From a virus (Duplodnaviria; Caudoviricetes), in the IMG/VR virus record IMGVR_UViG_3300033166_000001, positions 1 to 64,000 of that record: 64,000 bases of DNA; one strand, written 5' to 3'. This document shows positions 6,324-16,487 of the stretch, piece after piece. Position numbers and translations under genes: made by a program. Below the pieces are notes generated by a model that was not told where the DNA came from, did not search any database, and saw only the letters and a list, made by a program, of their open reading frames with translations. How positions within the stretch are numbered: position 1 is the stretch's first letter; every line of letters begins with the position of its first letter.

Positions 6324-6758
6324 ATGGGTATGAAAGGACAAAGACAAAAACAAGATGGCGAAAATACACCACTATATGAAATCATAACACTTGACGATAA
6401 TCGTAATCAGGTACGGTTTGATTTTGAAGTTACAGGGGGTGATATGTTCACGTATCAATATGTAAATATGAGCAGATATGCTGATATAAGTAGAATTGAT
6501 ATTCCAACAAAATGGAAGTTGATAATAGCAGACTGGCACGAGCCAGCCTATGCGCTACGGATTAGAGCACCTAAGACCTTGGCTCTTGACTATCCACAGA
6601 TGTACGTATGGTTTCAGATTAACGACCTACCTATTCATAAGGTAGGTGAAGAAGCCCTACTGTACTGCAATGAGATACTACCAGAGCATCAACCTTTGGT
6701 AGATAACTTGGATAGTGTAACTGTCGAAAACAGACCTAATCCAGCCGACTATGCCTAG
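6324..6758 (+). CDS. fibre-associated accessory/chaperone-like protein (144 aa)
   Basis: likely start ATG 6324 (track start 6240 overlaps the upstream gene); same GC-rich codon usage as the upstream C terminus. Confidence 0.65.
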   Translation: MGMKGQRQKQDGENTPLYEIITLDDNRNQVRFDFEVTGGDMFTYQYVNMSRYADISRIDIPTKWKLIIADWHEPAYALRIRAPKTLALDYPQMYVWFQINDLPIHKVGEEALLYCNEILPEHQPLVDNLDSVTVENRPNPADYA

Positions 6759-6805
6759 CCTAATTGTCAAAAGCCTGTATCTATTAATGTTATAATATTA
6801 AAATA

Positions 6806-7057
6806 ATGGCTAAATCAATTTATAAAAAGAATACTGGAGAAACTAAAGTAGATGCTTTAGAAAGAACCTTAAAAGAAATAGATATTCCTCAGAATGTAAA
6901 GGATTCTGAGTATAGAATAAAGAGGGGTTTAGTTCTTTTACGTAAAGACCTTTTAGAATTAAAGAAGATAGTAGAATACTATGTAGAAAGAGATATAAAA
7001 TTTAGAGAGTACCTTTCTTTACCTTGGTATAAAAAAATCTTTAGTAAATTTGTGTAG
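6806..7057 (+). CDS. coiled-coil hypothetical protein
   Basis: 83 aa, ends in PWYKKIF amphipathic tail. Confidence 0.7.
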   Translation: MAKSIYKKNTGETKVDALERTLKEIDIPQNVKDSEYRIKRGLVLLRKDLLELKKIVEYYVERDIKFREYLSLPWYKKIFSKFV

Positions 7058-7080
7058 TATAAAAATTTTGTATATATTTG
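7049..7080 (+). promoter_or_regulatory. Bacteroidota primary-sigma promoter
   Basis: TTTG-20 nt-TATATTTG upstream of ATG 7101. Confidence 0.75.
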
Positions 7081-7100
7081 CAGGAATTAAGTAGTTAAGA

Positions 7101-7463
7101 ATGACTATACTAAAGGAACAGCAGAAGTTATTATATTTAGAAAGGCTACTAAACCTACAAACTAGATTTCTAAGAGCTTATAACTCAGCTAAAGTAACGT
7201 TAGTAGTTAAAGAAGAAGAGAATTATACGGTAAAAGTTAAGGAAAATGATGGGTACGGAGGAACTACTGAAAAGAATATTATAAAGACTAAAAAGATACC
7301 CCCAACCAAGTTTGTAAGAATATCTTATTATGATACTAAGATTAATATGTACGAGAGTTATAGTATAGAATTTCCTTTAACACATTTATCCAAAAGGATA
7401 GCACATTACAAGAGAAAGTTTAACACAGCCTATAAAAATAGGCACAATATTAATAATAAATAA
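7101..7463 (+). CDS. basic hypothetical protein
   Basis: 120-aa ORF downstream of promoter. Confidence 0.7.
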   Translation: MTILKEQQKLLYLERLLNLQTRFLRAYNSAKVTLVVKEEENYTVKVKENDGYGGTTEKNIIKTKKIPPTKFVRISYYDTKINMYESYSIEFPLTHLSKRIAHYKRKFNTAYKNRHNINNK

Positions 7464-7469
7464 CTAGTT

Positions 7470-7823
7470 ATGGCAAAGGCAAAGCAAGGAACACAGGAAG
7501 CAGAAGTAAGGCAAGAAGGGGTAAAAGAATTAACTCAGGCACAGATTAGAGAAATTGAAGCTAAACAAAGAGCAGAAAAAAGGAAAGAAAAAGCTTGGTT
7601 AAAGGATGAGGTGGAATATTTAGAGCTATTGGCTAAGTATTATAACCTTAGTCTTGTAATCCCTAAACTAGCTGGAGATTTTATGAAGATGCAAGAAGAG
7701 AAGGCTAAAAGGATTGAACAGATTGAAAAGGAGGGTGAAAAGGATGAAGAAGCACCTCTAATTATTAAACCTGAAAACAAAATTGTAGATTTAGAAGGTA
7801 ATGAGTTAAAGCAGTCTAAGTAA
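7470..7823 (+). CDS. charged coiled-coil hypothetical protein
   Basis: 117-aa E/K-rich ORF followed by terminator. Confidence 0.7.
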   Translation: MAKAKQGTQEAEVRQEGVKELTQAQIREIEAKQRAEKRKEKAWLKDEVEYLELLAKYYNLSLVIPKLAGDFMKMQEEKAKRIEQIEKEGEKDEEAPLIIKPENKIVDLEGNELKQSK

Positions 7824-7840
7824 ATTTGTTGTTTGTATTT

Positions 7841-7880
7841 AACCCCAACTTAAAAATAATTAGGTTGGGGTTTGGTTTTT
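7841..7880 (+). terminator. intrinsic terminator overlapping the next promoter
   Basis: AACCCCAAC(7841-49)/GTTGGGGTT(7864-72) stem followed by TGGTTTTT. Confidence 0.7.
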
Positions 7881-7902
7881 AAATAAATAGTGTATATATT
7901 TG
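7871..7902 (+). promoter_or_regulatory. Bacteroidota primary-sigma promoter
   Basis: TTTG-20 nt-TATATTTG upstream of ATG 7925. Confidence 0.75.
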
Positions 7903-7924
7903 CATAGAACTAAAAGGCAAGAGT

Positions 7925-8293
7925 ATGATTGTAACAATTCCAAAGGAGGGCCAACCTAAATATTTATTTCTTATAGAGGCTTTTGCTATAACAAGCTCTC
8001 CATTTAAAGATTTAAGATTTAGAGAAAAAGAGGTATTATCCTGGTTATATTTTTATAATAATGAAAATAAGAATATACCAGTAGAACATAGGGACAAGAT
8101 CACCTTCCATAGAGATACTAGACAGAATATAGCTAGAGATTTAGGAGTATCTATGGATAGCTTATACAATATTCTAATGGCTCTTAAGAAATATGGGTTA
8201 TTAGAAGGTAGTGGGGATAATATGGTATTTGTAAGTAAGTATTTAAAACCTTTTGAGGGAGAGCTTCAAGAGTTAACTTTTAAATTTAAGTAA
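7925..8293 (+). CDS. winged helix-turn-helix DNA-binding protein
   Basis: RQNIARDLGVSMDSLYNILMALKKYGLL HTH pattern. Confidence 0.65.
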   Translation: MIVTIPKEGQPKYLFLIEAFAITSSPFKDLRFREKEVLSWLYFYNNENKNIPVEHRDKITFHRDTRQNIARDLGVSMDSLYNILMALKKYGLLEGSGDNMVFVSKYLKPFEGELQELTFKFK

Positions 8294-8559
8294 TGGAAAC
8301 AAGAGTAAGTGAGGATTATTTTTTTCTAATACTACTTCACTATAATATGGTAAATGTGTTTAGCAATAATAAGAACTGGAACTATATTCCTAACGCTATT
8401 ACCTTAAAGAAGAATACTGGAAAATATTCACTTACCTATAAAATAGTAGAAACTAAAAATACAAACAATGATAGAGAACACATCCAAGGTCCAAGAGATT
8501 GTACAGTTTTTAACCAAGAACCCCGGATATATCAAGCGTGGGAAAGAGAACTTAGCTAG
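8293..8559 (+). CDS. hypothetical protein
   Basis: 88-aa ORF; last 92 nt overlap the next gene. Confidence 0.4.
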   Translation: METRVSEDYFFLILLHYNMVNVFSNNKNWNYIPNAITLKKNTGKYSLTYKIVETKNTNNDREHIQGPRDCTVFNQEPRIYQAWERELS

Positions 8560-9682
8560 TCTGTTGGAATGTTTAGTGGAAGAAGTTACAGAGGCAAAAA
8601 AGATATTAAGGGATACAGAAGATAATAAGGAGGAAGAATTAGATTTAGATAATACGTCTGATAATACTATTTCTGAGTTTGATAAGTATTTATCAGCACA
8701 GAAGATTAATCCAGATGATGTTAAATCTGTGAAATACTGGCAAACTGCTAGTGGAGAGTTTAGATTTAGTGTCGTTACTAAGAGTGAGCCTTTACAATTA
8801 CCTAATATAGATGATGTAGTATCAGCTTTTACTAAAACTTTGGAGCCAATACTAGTCCCTACTACAGAAACTAATTCTAATAAAACTTTAGTAGTATATA
8901 CTTCAGATAAACATGTGGGAGCTTACGTGCCAGATAATGCTATGTATAGTAATCCATACAGCAAAGAAGAGATAATGGCTAGAATGAGCTCTATATTATC
9001 AGAGATAGAGAAAGTAGTAACGGAGGAAGGAAGTATAAAAGAGATTATCATTACAGATTTAGGGGATGCTTTGGATGGGTATAATGCTCAGACTACTAGA
9101 GGAGGACACACATTACCACAGAATATGTCTAATATAGAAGCATTTGAAGTATTTGTAGAAGCTCATAGGTTTCTATATGATAAAATACTTACAGCTGGAT
9201 GGGCAGAAAAGATTACTATTATACACCTTTCAGATGATAACCATAGTGGAGAATTTAGTTACTTTGCTAATAGAACTTTAGAAGAATATATTACAGGTAC
9301 CTATAAAGGAAATATTACTTTCAAAGTATCTAGAGATTTTATAGTACCGGTAAAGAGAGAGGACTTCACCCTATTACTTTGCCATGGTAAAGATAGTGAG
9401 GATATGAAGAATGGAATGCCTCTACATTTAAAGCCTGAGACAGAGAAGTATATCATAGACTATATGTTAAATAAAGGTATATCTAATAGTAATCTACATT
9501 TTATTAAAGGAGATTTACATCAATCTGCTACTCAACAGGGTAAACATTTTAGATATAGAAATATACCCAGTGTATTTGGAAGCTCTAAATGGATTATGAC
9601 TAACTTTGGTTATAATAAACCAGGATGCAGCTTTGACTTATTTGAAGGTAAGAATTTAAAACAATGGGATGTTTGGTTTTAA
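8468..9682 (+). CDS. calcineurin-like metallophosphoesterase with N-terminal helical domain
   Basis: motifs SDKH, DLGD, DNH, CHG, GDLH. Confidence 0.85.
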   Translation: MIENTSKVQEIVQFLTKNPGYIKRGKENLASLLECLVEEVTEAKKILRDTEDNKEEELDLDNTSDNTISEFDKYLSAQKINPDDVKSVKYWQTASGEFRFSVVTKSEPLQLPNIDDVVSAFTKTLEPILVPTTETNSNKTLVVYTSDKHVGAYVPDNAMYSNPYSKEEIMARMSSILSEIEKVVTEEGSIKEIIITDLGDALDGYNAQTTRGGHTLPQNMSNIEAFEVFVEAHRFLYDKILTAGWAEKITIIHLSDDNHSGEFSYFANRTLEEYITGTYKGNITFKVSRDFIVPVKREDFTLLLCHGKDSEDMKNGMPLHLKPETEKYIIDYMLNKGISNSNLHFIKGDLHQSATQQGKHFRYRNIPSVFGSSKWIMTNFGYNKPGCSFDLFEGKNLKQWDVWF

Positions 9683-9696
9683 AAAAAAATAAAATT

Positions 9697-10143
9697 ATGG
9701 AGACAAAAGCAAAATATTATGTACCTGAAATAGAAGAGTTAAGAGTTGGGTTTGAATGTGAGATTCAAAGCTCTTATGGATTTCAAAAAGGAATATTTCC
9801 AGAAGTACTTTATCTAGACACTCTTAGTGGATTTAGAGCAGATGAAATTGGTGCTATAGAGGCAGTTAAATCTTCTAATATTAGAGTTAAATATTTAGAT
9901 TCTGAGGATATAGAAGAATTAGGTGGAATTAAAATAAGTGATTATAAGTATAATATTAATGGAGCTATTTTAGAAATAAATTATTCTGATAGCACACAAA
10001 TAACTATTTCAGAAATAAGGCAGGAATGGGAAATGACCGCTGTTCCTTCAAAAACAGCAGAATACTATTTCCCTTTATTTATGGGGAAGATAAAGAATAA
10101 ATCAGAATTAAAGCAAGTACTTAAAATGATAGGAGTACAGTAA
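9697..10143 (+). CDS. conserved Bacteroidota-phage hypothetical protein
   Basis: YYVPEIEELRVGFECE..RVKYLDSEDIEELG pattern; likely start 9697 (track 9664). Confidence 0.7.
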   Translation: METKAKYYVPEIEELRVGFECEIQSSYGFQKGIFPEVLYLDTLSGFRADEIGAIEAVKSSNIRVKYLDSEDIEELGGIKISDYKYNINGAILEINYSDSTQITISEIRQEWEMTAVPSKTAEYYFPLFMGKIKNKSELKQVLKMIGVQ

Positions 10144-10144
10144 T

Positions 10145-10342
10145 ATGAAAAATCCAAGGTATTGTATCAGATGTGAGATGGAAGGTAAATATATTAGAGG
10201 AGATTTTAGAGTCTTTGAAAATACTGTATCTGGAAAAGCTTATATGTGTGAAAAACATTATAATGAATGGGTAGCCTTACAAGAACTAATAGAAGAAAAA
10301 GAACTTTATGGAGATAACAGCACAGAAGATACAGAGTATTGA
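10145..10342 (+). CDS. small Zn-finger-like protein
   Basis: CIRC...CEKH. Confidence 0.55.
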   Translation: MKNPRYCIRCEMEGKYIRGDFRVFENTVSGKAYMCEKHYNEWVALQELIEEKELYGDNSTEDTEY

Positions 10343-10577
10343 GTTAAGGTTTTTACAGGATGAAGATGAAGGAGTAGATGATATTACTCCTTTCATTACC
10401 TCACTTGAAAAGCTTAAAAATCATATTAATAGTGTAGGATTTAGCAATCCTTATAATAAAGAAGAAAAGGCTTTATGGAATACTATATTTAATACATTAC
10501 TTGGAGAAACTGAAACTAAAGTAGAGGGGTTGAATAGTACAGGAGTAAGTATGGTACATATTCAAGAAGATATATGA
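10308..10577 (+). CDS. hypothetical protein
   Basis: 89-aa ORF overlapping both neighbours by short spans. Confidence 0.65.
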   Translation: MEITAQKIQSIELRFLQDEDEGVDDITPFITSLEKLKNHINSVGFSNPYNKEEKALWNTIFNTLLGETETKVEGLNSTGVSMVHIQEDI

Positions 10578-10825
10578 GAAATTTAAAAACTAATGAGTTA
10601 ATAAGGAGTATTGCTAAAGACCACGGTGTTAGTACTGAGCAAGCTAAAACAGTACTGATGAGTGTATTTGAGTACTTAAAATATAATATTACAGAGGTAT
10701 CTGATAGAGAAGAAGTGTATTTTCCAGCTATAAGATTACCTAACTTTGCAATGTTCTTTGTACGAGAAAGCACTAAAGAGAAGTTTAAACTAATGAAAGA
10801 AAAGGAAGAGAATGAATCTATTTGA
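10574..10825 (+). CDS. HU/IHF-like DNA-binding protein
   Basis: ELIRSIAKDHGVSTEQAKTVLMSVFEYL..IRLPNFAMF resembles the HU N-terminal helices and arm. Confidence 0.7.
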   Translation: MRNLKTNELIRSIAKDHGVSTEQAKTVLMSVFEYLKYNITEVSDREEVYFPAIRLPNFAMFFVRESTKEKFKLMKEKEENESI

Positions 10826-11375
10826 ACTAAAGAATTGGGAATTACAAATACAACCAGAAGCTTATGCTTTAGCACCATTTAAAGTGCTTATTGGTAGAGA
10901 CAAATCTAAAAATAAAAATATAGGTGTAAAAGAACTGGCATATATATTTTATATGTCTGATTATAAATCTGATTTTATAAATATTATTGATGAAGAAGAA
11001 AGGAATGAGCAAGTAAAGAAATTTGTAGAACTACCAAAAGAGTGGAAACCAGATAAGAAAGTATTAGACGCAATAGAGTTTTATAAACAAATGTCCACAA
11101 CTACTAGTCTTTTATTATTAGAAGATGCCAGAATTGGTATTAGTGCTCTTTCTAAGTATATGCGAAGCATAAATTTTAATGAGGTAGAAATAAATGAAAA
11201 AACTGGGGAGATTAAACCCAAGCATGATATAAAGAAGTTTGCTGACACAATCAAACAGATACCCGCTATTGTAGAGGCTTTAAATACTTTAGAAGAAGCA
11301 GTTAAAAAGGAGCAACAGGCTGAAAAAGGATTAAGAGGAGGAAGACAAAAAGGATTATATGTTGATAGCGACTAA
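10812..11375 (+). CDS. conserved crAss-like protein upstream of terminase (small-subunit candidate)
   Basis: position, overlap with terL start, ELAYIFYMSDYKS motif, C-terminal RGG. Confidence 0.6.
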   Translation: MNLFELKNWELQIQPEAYALAPFKVLIGRDKSKNKNIGVKELAYIFYMSDYKSDFINIIDEEERNEQVKKFVELPKEWKPDKKVLDAIEFYKQMSTTTSLLLLEDARIGISALSKYMRSINFNEVEINEKTGEIKPKHDIKKFADTIKQIPAIVEALNTLEEAVKKEQQAEKGLRGGRQKGLYVDSD

Positions 11376-13659
11376 TAATTTACAAACACCTGTTACTGAG
11401 GAATTACTTAGTAGACTAGATTCTCGTTCAAGAGTAGACTTTATGGATTCTCTTGAGCGTATTACTTTTATACAGAGATTAATATCTGACAGTAGAGGCT
11501 ATGCTAGAGATAGAAAAAAAGATAGTAAAGGAAGAATTATAGTAGATCTGGAGAATCTCCATATTCTAGAGGATATGGATTATTTTAGGGAAAGAGCTAT
11601 ATACTATCAAAAGCATGGAGTATACACACATCTTTATCCTAATAGTGCTCCTAATAGTGAGTATAGGAAATTCTGGGATGAAGAAAGAAGAAGGTGTAGA
11701 GAAGGGTATGTAAGAGAGAATGACGGAGAATGGATACCAGGATATTACTATTATTATCTAAACTATTCTCCTATTGATATAGTAGTAGAAGATGATGTTA
11801 TAGATGCGCATTTAGATGATTTAGAAGCTAATGTAAGGGCAAGTAGAATAGAAGACTTTCCACATATTTGGGATGGAGATTACTTGTTTTTTCACTATAT
11901 AGAAAGAGCAGAAGCTAGAGGTAAACACGGTACTGTTCTAAAATGTAGGGGCCGGGGGTATTCCTTTAAAGCAGCAGCTATGCTGGCTAGGAACTATTTT
12001 CTTATTAAGAAGTCTAAGTCTTTTGCATTTGCATCTGAACAAGAATACCTTTTAAAAGATGGGCTTTTAACTAAAACTTGGGCCAACCTAAACTATATAG
12101 ATAATCATACTCCTTGGTCACAACCTAGAGATTATGCGGATAGAGAGATACATAAGAGAGCTTCCTACAGAGATTTAGAATCTAAGACTGAGAAAGGATT
12201 TATGTCAGAGATTATAGGAGTTACCTGTAAGAATGACCCTCAGAAAGGTAGAGGAAAAAGGGGTAAACTTCTAGTATTTGAAGAGAGTGGTACTTTTCCA
12301 GGACTTAAACAAACTTTTAATATTGCTCGTAAGTCTATGGAGCAGGGAAGATCTACCTTTGGTTTAGAATTAACAATGGGCACGGGAGGTACGGTGGGAG
12401 CGGACTTTGAAGCTGCCGAAGAATTTTTTTATCATCCAAATGGATATAATATTCTTTCTTTAAAGAATATATTTGATAAGGATGCTCCTAATTCTGAATG
12501 TGGGCTATTTATACCTGAATATCTTAATAGACAGGGCTGTTATGATAAAGATGGAAACTCAGATGTTATTAAGGCTCTTATAGAAATATTTATTGCTAGG
12601 CAGCTAGTACGCAATAATAGTAGTGACCCTAATAGTTTAGTGCAGGAGAAAGCAGAATCGCCTATAACTCCCCAGGAGAGCGTACTTAGAGTAGAAGGAA
12701 ATAAGTTTCCTGTAATGGATTTAAAAGAACTTTTAGCAGGCATATCTGCAAATATAGATGGATTTGTAAAAGGGCACTATACAGGCAACTTTACAATAGG
12801 TAGTCAAGGTAAAGTAGATTTTAGATTTAATGCTGATGCTAGACCTATTAGAGAGTTCCCTCTAAAAGATATATATAAGGAGGGAGCAGTAGAAATATTT
12901 GAGATGCCTAAGCCTGTAAGTGACTCATTTAGATATATTATAGGTGTAGATACATATGATGACGATGATGTTAAATATTCTACATCTTTAGGTAGTATTA
13001 TAGTATTTGACAGATGGACTAGAAGAATAGTAGCAGAGTATACAGGAAGACCTCAGACAGCTTCAGAATTCTATGAGATTGTGTATAGAATGTCTAGATT
13101 TTATAACGCTATGGTGATGTATGAGAATAATAAGAAAGGTCTTTTTGCTTACTTCCAATTAGTAAAAAAAGATATAAGCATTCTAGCAGATACTCCAGAA
13201 TATTTATCAGATAAATCCTCCCTTAAACCCAGCTATGGTAATACAGCTAAGGGTATTAATGCCACTGAAAGGATTAATACTATGGGTAGAAACTTACAAG
13301 TGACTTGGATGTTACAGAATGCCTATACAGATACTCCTGTTGAAGAGGGGGAAGTCTCTAAACTAAATCTTCATACTATTAGAAGTATAGGGTATATTAA
13401 AGAATGTATAGCCTGGAATACCGATATAAATGCTGATAGGGTTTCAGCTATGAATATGGTTATGCTTTTTGATGCTGAACTTAGTCAATATGAAGATGGT
13501 GTAACTAGAGAGAAAGCTCAAACTAGAGCAGATGACCCCTTTTTTAAAAGAGTATACAAGACTAGTAGACCTGATGCAGAAACAGGATTATTGGAAAGAA
13601 TAACTCCTATGACTTCTTTTGGTTATAAAGGAATGAAAAAAGGTTTGATAAGTAATTAA
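11359..13659 (+). CDS. terL: terminase large subunit
   Basis: Walker A-like LKCRGRGYSF, Walker B LVFEESG, GTGG motif, RNase H-like IIGVDTYD; crAss-like synteny. Confidence 0.92.
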   Translation: MLIATNNLQTPVTEELLSRLDSRSRVDFMDSLERITFIQRLISDSRGYARDRKKDSKGRIIVDLENLHILEDMDYFRERAIYYQKHGVYTHLYPNSAPNSEYRKFWDEERRRCREGYVRENDGEWIPGYYYYYLNYSPIDIVVEDDVIDAHLDDLEANVRASRIEDFPHIWDGDYLFFHYIERAEARGKHGTVLKCRGRGYSFKAAAMLARNYFLIKKSKSFAFASEQEYLLKDGLLTKTWANLNYIDNHTPWSQPRDYADREIHKRASYRDLESKTEKGFMSEIIGVTCKNDPQKGRGKRGKLLVFEESGTFPGLKQTFNIARKSMEQGRSTFGLELTMGTGGTVGADFEAAEEFFYHPNGYNILSLKNIFDKDAPNSECGLFIPEYLNRQGCYDKDGNSDVIKALIEIFIARQLVRNNSSDPNSLVQEKAESPITPQESVLRVEGNKFPVMDLKELLAGISANIDGFVKGHYTGNFTIGSQGKVDFRFNADARPIREFPLKDIYKEGAVEIFEMPKPVSDSFRYIIGVDTYDDDDVKYSTSLGSIIVFDRWTRRIVAEYTGRPQTASEFYEIVYRMSRFYNAMVMYENNKKGLFAYFQLVKKDISILADTPEYLSDKSSLKPSYGNTAKGINATERINTMGRNLQVTWMLQNAYTDTPVEEGEVSKLNLHTIRSIGYIKECIAWNTDINADRVSAMNMVMLFDAELSQYEDGVTREKAQTRADDPFFKRVYKTSRPDAETGLLERITPMTSFGYKGMKKGLISN

Positions 13660-13675
13660 TATAAATATAACTTTG
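13644..13675 (+). promoter_or_regulatory. Bacteroidota primary-sigma promoter
   Basis: TTTG-20 nt-TAACTTTG upstream of the portal gene. Confidence 0.75.
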
Positions 13676-13692
13676 TAGAATACTATAATAAT

Positions 13693-16200
13693 ATGAGCTC
13701 AACTTTAACATTATCAGATAATATAGGATACTGGCCCAGACAGAAAAGGTCAGAGAGTGAAAAGAATGAAAAATTCTTTAAGGACTGTGTTGATGTAGGA
13801 ATGACTTTAGCAGATAATGCTGACTTAGTAAAACTACCTAATGGTGTAAGATCTACTAAAAGGAAAAAAGAAGTCTGGTATGGGCTCTATGATAATAGGG
13901 TAGATAAAAGAGAGGTAGAAAAAACTCTTAATCCTTTAGGACTTTTTAACACTGATGAATTTCCAGCATCCTATAGAAACTATCCACTTCTTAATCCTGG
14001 TATAAATCTTTTGTGTGGAGAAGAGAGAAAGAGGATTTTTAACCCTATGGTAACAGTTATTAATGCTGATGCTATTACAGAGAAGGTTGAGAACATGGAT
14101 AAGATGTGGAGACAGATGTATATTGAAGAAATTACAGCTACATCTTTTAGTGAAGAAGAAGCTCAACAAAGAATAGAAAAATTTAATACCCATATGAAGT
14201 ACAACTATAAAGATGTACGAGAAAGAATGGGTACCCAGATGCTTAGATACCTTTACCATACTCAGGATTTAAAGGAACAATTTAGTAGAGGATTTAAGGA
14301 TGCACTAATTGTAGGAGAAGAAATATACGTTATAGAAATATATGGTGGGGAACCTATACTGAGAAAGGCTAACCCTAAGAATATAAGTACTATACGTAGT
14401 GGTAGTAGCTGGAAGATTGAGGAAAGCGATATTATTGTAGAGGATTGCTATCTTTCTATAGGAGAAACTATTGATAGATATTATGACTATCTTACAGATA
14501 AGCAGGTAAGGGCTATTGAAGATGGATATTCTACTTTAGTTTCTACTGGAGGGCAGGTAAAAATGCTTAGACCGGAGATAAATGCTCCTAAACCTGTAGA
14601 GTATGTGGACCTTTCTACTATGGGTGTAGGAGATATTGATGCTTGGACAGGTATTGTAAATGGTGCTTATGATGCTGAAGGGAATGTTAGAGTAACCAGA
14701 GTAGTATGGGCAGGTATGCGTAAGGTAGGAATTCTCACTTTCTTTGATGAGAATGGAGAACTACAGAAAGATACAGTACCTGAACAGTATAAACCTGCCA
14801 CAGAATTAGGAGAAAAGGTAGATTGGAGATGGATTAAAGAGTGGTATGAGGCTACTAAAATAGGTCCTGATATATATGTTAAAATGCAACCCTGTGAGAT
14901 ACAGATGAGGCATAGGGATAATTTATCAATGTCTCATCCAGGTATAGTAGGCTCAGTATATAATACTAATGATGATACAGGAAAAGGACTAATAGGTATT
15001 GGAGAAAATTGGCAGTATCTATGGAATACTTTTATGTATAGGACAGAACTTGCCTTCATTAAGGACAGAGGTAAAGTAGGTATGTTTCCAATACATTTAA
15101 TTCCTGATAACTGGGGTGCAGAAGCAGCTTTATTCTGGGCAGAGAACTTAGGTTGGCTTCCAATAGATGCTTTTAACCAGGGACAAGAAGGATTTGCCAA
15201 AGGTAAGTTAGCTGGAGCTATGAGTGGAATGCCTACTCAAATGGACCTTTCTAATAATAATCAGATACAGAACAATATTCAATGGCTCCAGTTTATTAAA
15301 GGAGAGGTAGATAATTTAACAGGTATTACACCTCAACGTAGAGGAGCTATAGATAATAGGGAGACTGTAGGAGGTGTAGAAAGGTCTGTAATGCAGAGTT
15401 CTAATATTACTGAAGAATGGTTCTCTGTACACGATAATACTAAGGTAAGAGCTTTAAGGGCTTTATTAGAAGCAGCTAAGATTGCCTATAAGGGTAAAAG
15501 TTTTGTTAAGGAGTTTGTACTAGATGATGGTACTAAACAGATGCTAGAGTTTGACTATAATACCTATAGGGAAGCTTGCTATGGTGTGGATGTATCTAAT
15601 GCTTCAGATGATGTTCAGGTATTACAGGCTCTTAAAGGATTAAGTGAAAGGTATCTGCAAACAGGTGGTAATTTTGGACTAGTTGCGGAATTAATGAACG
15701 CTAAAGACAGAGCTACTATTACTAGAAAGATACAGGAGGACGAGCAACAAAAGCAACAACAAGCTCAGGAACAATTTAAAGCTGAACAGGAAGCTATACA
15801 AGCACAAATACAAAAAGAGATAGAAATTAAAGATGCTGAACTAGTTCTAGAGTATGATAAGCTTGATAGGGAAGACATAAATAAACAGTTGGATAGAGAG
15901 GCCGATATTCAAAGGGAAACTATAAAAGCTTTAGGATTTGCTCAGGATACAGATGTTAATGACAATAATGTACCAGATGTACTGGAACAAAGCAAGTTGG
16001 CTTTACAACAAGTAAAGCAGTCTCAAGAAATTCTTTTAAAGGAAAAAGAGTTGGAAGCTAAAAGAAAAAAAGATGATAGAGATATTGAAATTAAAGAAAA
16101 AGAACTGGCTATTAAAAAAGAAGAGTTAGCTGTAAAAGAAAGAGACAGTCGGCGTAAGTTAAAGATAGCAAAGACTAATAAAAACAGGTACGATAAATAA
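13693..16200 (+). CDS. portal protein
   Basis: 835 aa after terL; PRQK..EK N terminus, LTGITPQRRG..ETVGGVER, Q-rich coiled-coil C terminus typical of crAss-like portals. Confidence 0.88.
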   Translation: MSSTLTLSDNIGYWPRQKRSESEKNEKFFKDCVDVGMTLADNADLVKLPNGVRSTKRKKEVWYGLYDNRVDKREVEKTLNPLGLFNTDEFPASYRNYPLLNPGINLLCGEERKRIFNPMVTVINADAITEKVENMDKMWRQMYIEEITATSFSEEEAQQRIEKFNTHMKYNYKDVRERMGTQMLRYLYHTQDLKEQFSRGFKDALIVGEEIYVIEIYGGEPILRKANPKNISTIRSGSSWKIEESDIIVEDCYLSIGETIDRYYDYLTDKQVRAIEDGYSTLVSTGGQVKMLRPEINAPKPVEYVDLSTMGVGDIDAWTGIVNGAYDAEGNVRVTRVVWAGMRKVGILTFFDENGELQKDTVPEQYKPATELGEKVDWRWIKEWYEATKIGPDIYVKMQPCEIQMRHRDNLSMSHPGIVGSVYNTNDDTGKGLIGIGENWQYLWNTFMYRTELAFIKDRGKVGMFPIHLIPDNWGAEAALFWAENLGWLPIDAFNQGQEGFAKGKLAGAMSGMPTQMDLSNNNQIQNNIQWLQFIKGEVDNLTGITPQRRGAIDNRETVGGVERSVMQSSNITEEWFSVHDNTKVRALRALLEAAKIAYKGKSFVKEFVLDDGTKQMLEFDYNTYREACYGVDVSNASDDVQVLQALKGLSERYLQTGGNFGLVAELMNAKDRATITRKIQEDEQQKQQQAQEQFKAEQEAIQAQIQKEIEIKDAELVLEYDKLDREDINKQLDREADIQRETIKALGFAQDTDVNDNNVPDVLEQSKLALQQVKQSQEILLKEKELEAKRKKDDRDIEIKEKELAIKKEELAVKERDSRRKLKIAKTNKNRYDK

Positions 16201-16204
16201 GTCT

Positions 16205-16411
16205 ATGTATTTGACAATACAAGAACAACGTATTAATTTTAATAATATACTAAAATACTATGTACTAGGTAAGAGCCTGTACATAGTATCTAGTATGAAT
16301 GATACTATAGCATATCCTTATTCAAGTAACGAGAAAGCAACTAGAGTAATGAAGTGGATAGATAGTAAAGTTGGGGTTAACCTCACAACAAGTTTGGTTA
16401 TAGAGAAATAA
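16205..16411 (+). CDS. small hypothetical protein
   Basis: 68-aa ORF filling the portal to scaffold-like gene gap. Confidence 0.55.
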   Translation: MYLTIQEQRINFNNILKYYVLGKSLYIVSSMNDTIAYPYSSNEKATRVMKWIDSKVGVNLTTSLVIEK

Positions 16412-16487
16412 ATAAATGAATCTAATAATTTTGATTATACAATCTAATATGTTTAATTTGTAAATAGTTTTAAAAACAAAGGCAAAA

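Noticed and set aside
11359-13659. Intein or intron in terminase or vRNAP
   Set aside because: Lengths and motif spacing are normal; no C/S...HN splice ends or homing endonuclease motifs seen
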